Shown piece by piece: positions 13,478 to 23,780 of a stretch of DNA of 64,000 bases. The translations under genes and the position numbers were made by a program. Source of the stretch: Strigamia acuminata. Lineage: Eukaryota. The stretch is taken from the NCBI GenBank assembly GCA_949358305.1, contig OX442314.1, positions 12,214,001 to 12,278,000 on the forward strand. The letters are read 5' to 3'. Numbering within the stretch: position 1 is the stretch's first letter; each line of letters begins with the position of its first letter. The notes under the pieces were generated by a model, which was not told the DNA's origin, searched no databases, and saw only the letters and a program-made list of their open reading frames with translations.

Positions 13478-15097
13478 TCAGTCGTATTGATAGCCCCTCA
13501 CTCCAATACCTTGACAAATTCCCTTTACAGAAAAATCGGATTCTCTTCGAACATTAACCATTTCCGGACAGTGAACTTGAAGGCACAACCTAGAGATTAA
13601 ATTTTTTTTTATGAAAGCACAAAATGTTCAGTTTTTAGTTACATCTCCTCCGTGAGTAAACATCTCGGATTTGCAGCTGACAAGTTTCTCGTCAAGTTGA
13701 TCTACATTCTGTACAAAAAGGCCATCTAAAAGCAATAGTAAAGTTTAAAAAATCCAATACTCACATTATTGGTGGAAATTGATTTCATCAAGTCTAAAAA
13801 ATTTTCGTGATCAATAAACTGGTATTTATTGTGCTGCGTATAAAAAGCAAGTTAATTGTAAGATGTAAACCGAATTATTATAAGCTTGACTTGGACATAC
13901 AATTTCGAGCGCTCTGATATGACAAACTTTGGTAAAACTTCATAAAGGAAATAAGCTAACGGACAATCCTGAAATATTTAAACGAGCAATAAACTAATAC
14001 GGAGTACCATAATTGATAAACAGTAATAGAACGAGAAATTTGTAGCCTACATACATATGGGCATAAATTAAAATCCCACTAAAGTGGCTTGGATTTCCAC
14101 TAAAAAAAAACTAAATCTTACACTGACTGGTTTTTCCACTATCGGTAATTTTTTGTCCCACTAATTTAACTAAGCCAAAAAAAACTATTTTTTCCACTAA
14201 AAATATTTATTTAAACCCAACTTATTTTTCCACTAAAAAAACTTATTACATCCACTTTTTCCTCTATTATGAAATGAAGGCCCGGCATCTCGACGGGGAG
14301 TCCGAGGTCTTGTTGGGACTGGGTCCCGACATGGGACTAGGACTGGGGCCTTGGCGGGGACTCGGTTGCGAGGGGCATCGAGGTCTTGTTGGGACTGGGC
14401 GGGGACTCGTTTGCAAGGGGCATTGAGGTCTTGTTGGGCCCCGACACGTGACTAAGACTGGGGCTTTGGCAGGGACTCGCTTGCGGGAGCGGATGACTGT
14501 TGGGGGGCTCGTAGACCATGCGGGGGGGATGGTTGGTCATCCTCTTTGCCCGCTGAGACGGACTTAAGGTGCAAAACGTTCGCAAAACGTTCGCAAAACT
14601 ATCTTACCAAAGTAGTAATAGTAGTGGTAAAATCAGTTTTTTCTTGCCAATTTAATTTTAGTGGAAAAAAATAGTTTTTTCGCCTTAGCTAAATTAGTGG
14701 GACAAAAAATTACCGATAGTGGAAAAATCAGTCAGTGTGAGATTTAGTTTCTTTTTAGTGGAAATCCAAGGAACTTTAGTGGGGTTTTAAATGGGACCCC
14801 ATACATATTTATTGAGGACTCCTTCTTGAACCATAAGTCTGCATTTTTGATGGAAAAGTTGACTCTTAAAATAAATTTTAATTACTTTTAACAATAAGTT
14901 AATTACGTAATATGTCATCTTCTAAATAAATAAATACAACCTGCTTAATGAACAGCTTTGAATCGAAGCATTCCTAAAATAAATTACATTATATTTACAG
15001 ATTTTACAGTTTAGAGGTTTGAAATACACATTCAGTTTACATATGCTACAGCAAGTGAGGAGAAAGAAGCAATAACGATGAAAATGGACAGCATCAT
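13478..15097 (-). pseudogene. 8-Cys secreted family copy D (close paralog of B)
   Basis: 14-bp deletion in exon 7 (TGCC microhomology), ~11-bp insertion in exon 4, MITE at the exon-3 donor, Gypsy inserted upstream. The 3' coordinate is approximate. Confidence 0.8.
14059..14799. mobile_element. Mutator-like foldback MITE
   Basis: Long imperfect TIRs with CCACTA repeats; 9-bp TSD CATACATAT; GC-rich repetitive core. Confidence 0.8.
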
Positions 15098-15241
15098 TCC
15101 AGAAAGCTGAAATGATAGAATGGTATAAATTGTACACATATAATGAATGATTTCGTATGTTTGTAGTTGTACAGTACCTCAAACGTACTGGATCCATATG
15201 GCGGTTAAAAGTGTAAGGTAGGTTGTTTAATCATTCACTTG

Positions 15242-16062
15242 TGTGGTGACCCAGTTGGATAAGTGTCCCCCCAGGGCGGATACTTGTCCTATGAGTCACT
15301 ATGATTAAAGAGTCGTTCCCCCCCGAGTTGGCTCCACCTCCCCATGGCAGGTGTGTGCCCCGAGGGGGAGGAAGCGGCTGGTGGTCAGCCCCCATTGGTT
15401 GATCGCCGGCCCTTCACCCCACTGCATAAAAGGCTGTGTTTCCCGCCTAAAGACAGAACTTACACAAACGACACCAAGAACACAGCAACTACCTCACCGT
15501 CAGGCCAACTTCAACTACAAGTTAGGATTGATCGAGGATCGCTGAGTAAAGTGCAAACTGTAACTCTCACGAAGTCACTTGCGAGCTATTCCTGCGAAAG
15601 CACGAGAATAGCCCTTGTGAAATCACCCAGAATAATCGCCCAGACGATTATTCGCCGAAGTAAGTGTCCGAGTGCTTTGTAGGGAACCCCAAAGTTCCTA
15701 GACGAGGCCTCTGCGACGCTAAACCAAAACCTAGACAACAGGCACGGATAGAAGACTCGAAAGAGCATTCCACCGCGTCCGTGAAGACGAATCCGTGACG
15801 AATTAACGACAACTCGAGACGCCGCCTTTGTTCCGCCGACCACGCGGAATCGACGACGCCATCTTGAGAAATCCTTTGTTCGACGCTGACCACGTCGACT
15901 CTAGAATTATTACTGAGTGTATTTTAAAGGCATAAAGCCTGGTGAATAAATTACCTGTTTATTTACATACATTTAGTATTCATTTGGGTATTTGCATAAT
16001 TGATCACAGGTAAAGTATTACACGTTAGCGCTATTTAAACCTATACAGAGTAGGACGCGACA
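15242..16062 (+). repeat. Gypsy 5' LTR
   Basis: Direct repeat of 27292-28112; one mismatch noticed by eye (15915 G vs 27965 C). Confidence 0.95.
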
Positions 16063-16156
16063 CGTGGGGGCCTGTCCGGGATTTAGAAATAAATCTCAAA
16101 TCTGAACTTGTGATCTCTCAATAAGATAACCCAAACCGTAGAATTACCGAAAGAAA

Positions 16157-19100
16157 ATGTCAGACAAAGATGAGCAATCCACGTCTGACACCGAGCAGAG
16201 AATGCCCGAGAAGGGAAAAAGGACCTCCGACTACCACCTAAGGTCGGATGGTCCCGTCCCTGAAATGTCCGCAAAGGCGAAAGCCCGAGCGAATAAAAGG
16301 AGAGCGAAGGCGCAGAAAGAGGAGCAAGCTGCATCGCTCGCGGCCCTAGACGGGCCAGAGCGAGAGCGGGTTCCCTTGAATATGCAACCCTTCGAAGATA
16401 CCGATCCGGAAGCCATAGAAAATCGAGAAGAAATTCGCGAGGTATCACCAGGACGAGTATCGATATTGATGACCGAGGAGACGGATGAAGCTCCGAAAAG
16501 AACGGTCACGATCGGCACAGACCCATCGCCACCAACGGCTCAGACGTCCGTAAAACAAACCCCACGGAAAAACGACGGCGGGACCCCGATAACCCCCCGA
16601 GTTACGGCGAGTCCTGCAGTTGTTTCCTTCGAAGTATCTCACCTAATTCGGTTGACGCAGCAAGCTGCCCAGCTAAAAGCGATGATAGACATTCCAGTAG
16701 GAACGTCAGTCTGGGAATCGATTACCCTACTCACTGACGCTATCTGTGCGGCACAAGCCCCGACGCCGGTCGCAAGACCAGCAGCGGAGACGCCCATGCC
16801 CCAGGTAACGCCCAGTGACACCGGAGGTTTCGCGCCAGACCCCAACCGAACACTTCACGAATCCAGAGAGAAGGCCCGCGAGGAAGCCAGACAAGAAGCG
16901 ACTAGTCGCCAACGAAGGCTGAGCGCAGAGCGGCGAGAACTCTGGAAGGAAGAGGAAGAAAGGGAGCAACGCGAGAGAAGAACCACCGAGAGAACAGAGA
17001 AACTGGTCCAAAAAATGAGGGAAGAACGAGAAGCTAAAATTCGAAAAGAATGGAACGCAACAGTAGAAGGGCGACATCGAGAAGCTCAAGAGTACGAGGA
17101 CCAATTTCAAGCGCTAATAGCTCAAAGAAAAACAGAAAAACTACAAATGTTGCGAAAAGAGGCCATTCTACAACATCAGAAATGGGAAGAACAACATCGC
17201 GAGAGGTTGAGAGAAGAGGAAGCCAGAAAAGGAAAAGAACAGTTTCTGAAAGAGAAAGAAGAGTGGGATCGAGTCAGATGGACCGAAGAGTACAAAGCGA
17301 AGAAACAAGCTATAATAGATGAGCAAAAAAGATGGGAAGCCGAAAACTGGGAGAAGGAGACAGAAAAGTTCCAGAAAGAGTACGCACAAGACGTCTCGGA
17401 CAGGAAGAAAAATGAAGAAAACCTGAAACGGAAACCAGAACCCCCCAGCGGCTCTGATACCGACACAGGAGAAGGTGCAACAAAGCCGGCAAAAACGGCG
17501 AAAAGGGGGAAATCTCAAAAGAGAGACGAGTCGGTCCCAAAAACAAAGGGCCGTCACCCCTCAAAAAGATCCGAGACGGGAGCAGCCATCGACGCGTTAC
17601 TCGAAAAGAAAAACGCAAATAAAAATCGGGAACGCCCCGAAAGCGAGGAAAACAGATGGCATTCTTTTTACGAGAACAACGACGGAGGGGAGCCGCCGCC
17701 ATCCGGAGGCTCGAAACAGAAGAAGGCTGGCGGAGAGACCCCACCGAGAGGGCCGAGGTTTCACCCCCAAGGAGATCCCTCCGAGCCCTCCGATTCGTCG
17801 GACGACGACCATCCGAGTCGACCGTCTACAGGGAGGAGTCAAGAAGACAGCGATGGGCACCGGTCGAACCGGCCGAATGCTTCAGACCGCTCCTCCCGGA
17901 GCTCCAACCCTCGTTCGGAGGAAGGGAACTTTCAGGACTCATCTGGCCGACATTACACGATGTCTGAGCTAGGCCGAGCCCTGCTGAACTCTTTCAGAAG
18001 AGAAGGAATAGATCTAGGCCATCCAGGCGACGAACATAATCGCGCCGGAGAGAGGGTTAAGCGCAAATATGGCGTACGAAACGAACCAAGCAGCGAAGCC
18101 ACGGGTAACATCCGTTGGCAACACTACATACAAACACGATTCGACGGTTCGTGGAAGGCCGGAGACCGCTTCCTAGACGAAGTAATGCGTATCAAGAAAG
18201 CGACAAAAGCCACCGTCGCCGACATGCTAACCCACGGTCTAGTGGAGCTAACCACGGGGTCAGCTCGAGAATGGTATCAGGGACTGAAAAACCCAACCTG
18301 GGACGATTTTCTCGTCCGTTTCGATCTCCGATACGGCGAGACTCCAGACGAGATCAGTAACAAATTACGTGGTCTACGGCAAGCCCCAGGAGAAACATTA
18401 GCCGACTACGACGCCCGAGCGAAACTCCTGTTTGCAAGAGCGCCGTACGAAATAAACCCCGCTGGTTTTACGATGATCTTTTACGGAGGATTATCGGCCC
18501 ACTCGCAAAGAATTCTGCTAGACATGCGTGCACCTCGCACTGGCGATTACCAAGATGTCAGTAACTATCTTCTAACAAACACGTTAGAAATAGAACAGCG
18601 GTATTACGCCACTCTGCCCCCGGAGGAAGCTGACGCACACGAGAAACGGTTGCAGACGAGTGCCGAACGTCACAAGACCTCAGAAAAATTAATGAGGCCA
18701 AGTGAATATTTGAGCGGCATAATGAGTCTCACCGAAGCATCCTTCGGACGAATGCTGACGCCTAAAGCAGGCAGTATTCTTCCAGCCAACCCGATAGCTG
18801 CCCCAAAGAAAGCACCGGCAGCAACGGCGATGCAGGTGACCTCGACGGACTCCACCCAGATGGAGAAAGTCGAAGAGACAACACCTCTCGCCACGGCTAA
18901 AGAAGAGGAGCCAGCATCAAGCGACGAGGAAGCCCTAAATGAGCACCTCGAAAACTTGTCGACGGGATGCGACGATCAAGGTCCCTATTTGCACCATGCA
19001 CACCGGGCCTTAGCAATCGCACAATTCAGAGCACACGTGCAGGCAACAAAAGCGAGAGGGGCATTGGGAGGAAAAAGACGATTCCCGACGCCCTTCGTCC

Positions 19101-19297
19101 CGAAAAAACCGGGATTCACTCCCACAGGGGATAAAAGTAACATCAAATGTTACAGCTGCGGAGAATACGGTCACTACTCCGACAAATGCGAAAAAACCGT
19201 CAAAGAAAAAGGCATCATGCAAACCTTGATGAAAATGATGATGGAGTTAAATACTAATCTAGCAAAAAACTCCCAAGCGCAGGCGTCGCCGAAATAA
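16157..19297 (+). CDS. gag: Gypsy Gag (1046 aa)
   Basis: Long E/K/R coiled-coil, retrotransposon gag core (AREWY...TWDDFLVRF...LRQAPGETLADY), zinc knuckle CYSCGEYGHYSDKC. Confidence 0.92.
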   Translation: MSDKDEQSTSDTEQRMPEKGKRTSDYHLRSDGPVPEMSAKAKARANKRRAKAQKEEQAASLAALDGPERERVPLNMQPFEDTDPEAIENREEIREVSPGRVSILMTEETDEAPKRTVTIGTDPSPPTAQTSVKQTPRKNDGGTPITPRVTASPAVVSFEVSHLIRLTQQAAQLKAMIDIPVGTSVWESITLLTDAICAAQAPTPVARPAAETPMPQVTPSDTGGFAPDPNRTLHESREKAREEARQEATSRQRRLSAERRELWKEEEEREQRERRTTERTEKLVQKMREEREAKIRKEWNATVEGRHREAQEYEDQFQALIAQRKTEKLQMLRKEAILQHQKWEEQHRERLREEEARKGKEQFLKEKEEWDRVRWTEEYKAKKQAIIDEQKRWEAENWEKETEKFQKEYAQDVSDRKKNEENLKRKPEPPSGSDTDTGEGATKPAKTAKRGKSQKRDESVPKTKGRHPSKRSETGAAIDALLEKKNANKNRERPESEENRWHSFYENNDGGEPPPSGGSKQKKAGGETPPRGPRFHPQGDPSEPSDSSDDDHPSRPSTGRSQEDSDGHRSNRPNASDRSSRSSNPRSEEGNFQDSSGRHYTMSELGRALLNSFRREGIDLGHPGDEHNRAGERVKRKYGVRNEPSSEATGNIRWQHYIQTRFDGSWKAGDRFLDEVMRIKKATKATVADMLTHGLVELTTGSAREWYQGLKNPTWDDFLVRFDLRYGETPDEISNKLRGLRQAPGETLADYDARAKLLFARAPYEINPAGFTMIFYGGLSAHSQRILLDMRAPRTGDYQDVSNYLLTNTLEIEQRYYATLPPEEADAHEKRLQTSAERHKTSEKLMRPSEYLSGIMSLTEASFGRMLTPKAGSILPANPIAAPKKAPAATAMQVTSTDSTQMEKVEETTPLATAKEEEPASSDEEALNEHLENLSTGCDDQGPYLHHAHRALAIAQFRAHVQATKARGALGGKRRFPTPFVPKKPGFTPTGDKSNIKCYSCGEYGHYSDKCEKTVKEKGIMQTLMKMMMELNTNLAKNSQAQASPK

Positions 19298-22200
19298 ATT
19301 CAGCTTCGTCTGCGCCAGCCGCGGAAATTAAAAAGAAGAAATATCACACTGGACCCGCAGGTCATGCCTTGGCAGAAGCACAGATCAAAGATCGCATGCA
19401 GACCATTCCGAAGAAGGAAGAAACAGTGACGCTGACAAGTATGCAAGTGAGAACGAAGCCGGAGGTCGACATAGATTGGACGGACCTCCCGTTCAATCTG
19501 GAGGTTGAGCCCCAAACATTACGCGTTTTTCACTGCAATGTCACGAAAACACATTGCGAAACTCTGTGTATGCTGCCAGTGGAGATCGAAAACCAAAAAT
19601 TGTTCGGTCTGCTGGATTCAGGAGCAGATCGTTCATTCATATCCGAAGATATAGTAAAGGACTTGGATATTGAAAAAAAGGTGGCACAAGTGAACGCGAA
19701 CGTAGAATTGCTCACCGCCAACGGCTACGTCAAGCCGAGGGGCGTAGTTCGCATCATGATCGACTGGAAAGGGGGGAACCTGTCCCACCCCTTCATAGTC
19801 TTGCCATCCCACGACAAAGTATTCCTCTTAGGGATGGATATCATGGCAAAACTGAAAATTCAGCCAAACCCGATAACCCGTTCATGGAACTGGATAAGTC
19901 CCGAGGGAGAACGGCCAGTCCCCGTAGTTCCCCAAAAATTACTGGACGAAGCCAAGGACAAAGAGGAATACGGAAGAGGATTGCGAAAATTCGTCCAAGA
20001 TTACGATTTCGCAGCCTTCACTCTGGAATTACAGAGGAGTAACGTCGTGGACACACTGGTCGAGGAGGCAGCACTGCGTGTTGACGAGGCATCGCTACTA
20101 AGGCGAGTGCTTCGAAAACATGAAAGAATTCTGACCAAGACACCTGGTCGAACGACGGAAGCAACCCACGAAATAGTCTTAACCACAGACAAGCCGATTC
20201 GAGTGCCTTACAAGGGGATGAACCCCCAGAAAAGAGACATTGTGACGCAGATGTGCCAAGACATGCTCGACAAGGGCATAGTAACTCAAGCGCTGGGCGA
20301 ATACGCGATGCGGATCGTCCTGGTAATGCGTCCAGGCTCGGAACCTCGACTATGCATTGATTATCGCCCCCTGAATGCGATAACAGTTATAGACCCGATT
20401 CAGATGCCGTCTATAGACTCGATCCTCCGGGAACTGAGCCCGTTCAAGTGGGTAACCACGATGGATCTGTCAAAGGGGTATTGGCAAGTGGAGCTAAAAC
20501 CCGAAGACAAACTAAAAACGGCTTTCTACTCCCCGATAGGAAGATTAATGTTCAACGTGATGCCGTTCGGGCTTGTAAACGCCCCGAGCACGTTCCAGAA
20601 ATTGATCGAAAGCGTGTTGGGAGATATGCTTCACGACTTCGTGTGGGCGTATCTCGACGACATAATAATAACGTCGGACACATTCGAAGAGCATATAGAC
20701 CACATCGACAGAGTGGTCTCTCGCCTAGCCAAGGCGGGACTCCACATCCATCCAGGGAAGAGCAAGTTTTGCAGAAAAGAGCTTGCCTTCCTAGGATATC
20801 GAATAGGAGTCGAGGGAATCGCGATTGACCCCGAAAAGGTCAAAGCAATAAACGGATTCCCCGCCCCCGAAGATATAAAAGGTGTCCAAAGATTCATGGG
20901 CATGGTCAATTTCTTCGGCCGACTACTCTCTGGTCTGGCTGAGGTGGCCGCGCCTATAACGGATCTCTTACGAACGGATAAAGAGTTTGAGTGGACGGTC
21001 CAGTGCGAGGCCGCATTTAGCACTATCAAGCAAATGCTGGCTGACGTCGAAAAGATGCCATTGCCGGACCTAAACCGACCGTTCGTGTTGCACACCGACG
21101 CGAGTAAAATCGGACTGGGTGCAGCCCTTCTGCAGACCCACGTGTACAACGGAATCTCGCAAGAAGTACCCTGTATGTTTATAAGCAGGAAAATACAGGG
21201 CGCGGAGAAAAATTACACGGCAACGGAACTAGAATGCCTAGCCGTAATTTGGGCAGTTCGAAAATTTCGCGACTATCTGGAGTACACGAACTTCGAGGTT
21301 CAGACAGATCACCAGGCACTAAGCTGGTTGATGAAGCTCAAGGAACCTTCCGGCCGACTCGCAAGATGGCAACTGGAGTTAATGGCGTGCGATATAACAA
21401 TTACGTACCGCCCCGGGAAGTACAATCATGTGGCCGACGCCCTCTCAAGAGCCCCAGCCTCTGACCCCCAGGGACCAGACGACGACGGCGAGGACGACAC
21501 CCACCTCTTGTACTGCCCAACTCCACGCAGAATATGGCGCTTACGAAAAGCAAACGAACTGCCGGTGATGGAGCCCGAAGATAGAACGTTTTGTGGTTTT
21601 TGGACTCGAACGTACCAGCCAGCTGGGACGAGCGATTCAACGTCCGCAATTCAACCTCCGCCCCCCGGAGAAACCCACAAAACACTACTACGCGCCTTCA
21701 CAGCAAAAATTGAAGAAAAAACGCAATATGCTCCACCCACGAGACGTGAGTTCGTCGAACACCAGGCAGCAGACACAAAATGTCAAATTATAACGCAATA
21801 TTTGCTGAACGGCGAATTTCCGGAAGGGATGACAAACCCACACCGCCGGAAACAGTTCGTCAAAGAAGCAACAAGCTACCTCATAGATGATGAACTCCTG
21901 GTAAAATACCACCCGACATTTCAAGATGACCTCAGTGGAGCGGGAAACTCGGTGAAAGTGGTCGTACCGGCATCACTGCACAACCGACTGTTGTGGCTGA
22001 TGCACGGACACCCACTCGCCAGCCATTCCGGCATAGCGAGAACCCTTTATCGAGTAAAGCAACTTTTCTTCTGGCCGGGCGCGCGGCAAAAGATAACGAA
22101 ATTTATCCGACACTGCCCCCGGTGCCAAGCATGCAGACCGCGAGATAAAGTAGCCAGAAACGCCATGTCTCTCGGACCCTACGCACCGTTTGACTGCTTA

Positions 22201-23400
22201 AGCATAGACTTGATGGGCCCCAAGCCCACAACGGGAAACAAGAACATGTATATTCTCGTAATTATGGACGTGGCCACCCGATGGCCGGAGCTGTACGCCC
22301 TCGCGAAGCCCTCGGCTGAAAACATAGTCGAGTGCCTTTACGACGTGGCAATGCGATTTGGGTTTCCCAGAAAACTCATTTCGGATAACGGCCCCCAATT
22401 CCGATCAAGAATATATAAGGACTTCTGTAGGAAATTTAAAATGGATGCATCGAACACCTCCACATATAATCCTCAGACAAACCCAGTCGAGAGATTAAAT
22501 AAAGATATAAAATATGCGCTGACAGTATTCACCGACATTCACAATCGATGGGACGAATACCTGCGAGAAATCGCTTTCAGCATTCGCTCAACCGTGTCAC
22601 GAACACGCGAATTCTCACCGGCGTACCTCAACTTCGCCCGCGAATTAAGGATGCCATGGGACCCACGCGTTGCCGAAGCTGTTAACGTATTAGACCCGTC
22701 GAGCCCACATGAGTACGTGTGCCGGTTGGAACAGACTATATCCGACACGTACCAGCATATGATGGCGCATATTTTCAACATGAGAGAGAGAATCGCAGAT
22801 AAAGAAGGCGATCTCGCTTTCGCGAACTTTAAAGTGAATGATCTAGTGTGGAAGGAGGCACACACGTTGTCCAATGCAGCGAGGGGCATCGCCGCCGGTT
22901 TAGCCGACAAGAGGGACGGTCCCTACGTAATTGTGGCCGAACACGGAGGCAACGCATACCAACTACGCCGCCTAGAGGACAACAAAAATTTTCAGTCGAT
23001 ACATGGCCGAGATTTAAGGCCATATCTGCCAGAATTTCCACAGGAAATTTGGCTGGAAGGTCAGACACACAGCGGCCAAGGGGGCACCGTGGTCGACACG
23101 TTCCAAAAAACAAATGAAGCTGAAAATATAGCGGAGAACGAGGATGAATTCTTCGACGCCGAATCCCCAGCCGACGAGGCTCCAGCTCAGCCGGAGCAAG
23201 CAATTTCGGAGAGGGAGGAAGCAGAAGAATGTACTTCTGAAATGGAAAATAAAAAAATTAATAATGAGAAAAATGCCAACACATCGGAGATGAACGAGCA
23301 AGTAGAGTCACGATCTACGAGCACGTCGAAAATCAACCTTCGACCACGACGAAGCAATAATCCGTTCATTCGGGACGGCAAAGTCGTGGGGAAGAACTAA
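19264..23400 (+). CDS. pol: Gypsy Pol (PR-RT-RH-IN), probably reached by -1 frameshift
   Basis: LLDSGA protease; RLCIDYRPLN, MPFGL, YLDD; RNase H TDAS/TDH; HHCC and DDE integrase. Frame is open from the slippery site at 19264. Confidence 0.95.
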   Translation, partial: KKLPSAGVAEINSASSAPAAEIKKKKYHTGPAGHALAEAQIKDRMQTIPKKEETVTLTSMQVRTKPEVDIDWTDLPFNLEVEPQTLRVFHCNVTKTHCETLCMLPVEIENQKLFGLLDSGADRSFISEDIVKDLDIEKKVAQVNANVELLTANGYVKPRGVVRIMIDWKGGNLSHPFIVLPSHDKVFLLGMDIMAKLKIQPNPITRSWNWISPEGERPVPVVPQKLLDEAKDKEEYGRGLRKFVQDYDFAAFTLELQRSNVVDTLVEEAALRVDEASLLRRVLRKHERILTKTPGRTTEATHEIVLTTDKPIRVPYKGMNPQKRDIVTQMCQDMLDKGIVTQALGEYAMRIVLVMRPGSEPRLCIDYRPLNAITVIDPIQMPSIDSILRELSPFKWVTTMDLSKGYWQVELKPEDKLKTAFYSPIGRLMFNVMPFGLVNAPSTFQKLIESVLGDMLHDFVWAYLDDIIITSDTFEEHIDHIDRVVSRLAKAGLHIHPGKSKFCRKELAFLGYRIGVEGIAIDPEKVKAINGFPAPEDIKGVQRFMGMVNFFGRLLSGLAEVAAPITDLLRTDKEFEWTVQCEAAFSTIKQMLADVEKMPLPDLNRPFVLHTDASKIGLGAALLQTHVYNGISQEVPCMFISRKIQGAEKNYTATELECLAVIWAVRKFRDYLEYTNFEVQTDHQALSWLMKLKEPSGRLARWQLELMACDITITYRPGKYNHVADALSRAPASDPQGPDDDGEDDTHLLYCPTPRRIWRLRKANELPVMEPEDRTFCGFWTRTYQPAGTSDSTSAIQPPPPGETHKTLLRAFTAKIEEKTQYAPPTRREFVEHQAADTKCQIITQYLLNGEFPEGMTNPHRRKQFVKEATSYLIDDELLVKYHPTFQDDLSGAGNSVKVVVPASLHNRLLWLMHGHPLASHSGIARTLYRVKQLFFWPGARQKITKFIRHCPRCQACRPRDKVARNAMSLGPYAPFDCLSIDLMGPKPTTGNKNMYILVIMDVATRWPELYALAKPSAENIVECLYDVAMRFGFPRKLISDNGPQFRSRIYKDFCRKFKMDASNTSTYNPQTNPVERLNKDIKYALTVFTDIHNRWDEYLREIAFSIRSTVSRTREFSPAYLNFARELRMPWDPRVAEAVNVLDPSSPHEYVCRLEQTISDTYQHMMAHIFNMRERIADKEGDLAFANFKVNDLVWKEAHTLSNAARGIAAGLADKRDGPYVIVAEHGGNAYQLRRLEDNKNFQSIHGRDLRPYLPEFPQEIWLEGQTHSGQGGTVVDTFQKTNEAENIAENEDEFFDAESPADEAPAQPEQAISEREEAEECTSEMENKKINNEKNANTSEMNEQVESRSTSTSKINLRPRRSNNPFIRDGKVVGKN

Positions 23401-23780
23401 AAATAAAAGAAAATGTGATAACATGGAGCGGAGGCCTTGTAAAATAAAAAGATTTACTTACGAGAGCTGCTGCACATGTTGAAACGCGAAAATTTGGCTA
23501 AGTCCAAACTTCGCAACGAATTGTCGCAGTCACCACTAACAGACGAGAAGTTATGACGTATCGGGCGACCACGTGACAATGAAACCACGCGGTCGACCCC
23601 GTAGCGTCATTGCCAGCACGGCGGATCTCGCAAAATACGAGACGCGTTCGAGACCCACAATTCTCAGCGTCGATAGGCCCAGTTTCCGACTGTTTTTAAC
23701 ACGACGAGACGTGTTTTTGCTTCTCCCCCAAAGAGAAAGACAAAGACCTCTCAAACAAAACTTCATTTTCCTAAATTGAA

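Noticed and set aside
15344..15893. ORFs inside the Gypsy LTRs and antisense ORFs over gag/pol
   Set aside because: Shadow ORFs from GC-richer sequence; duplicated only because the LTR is.
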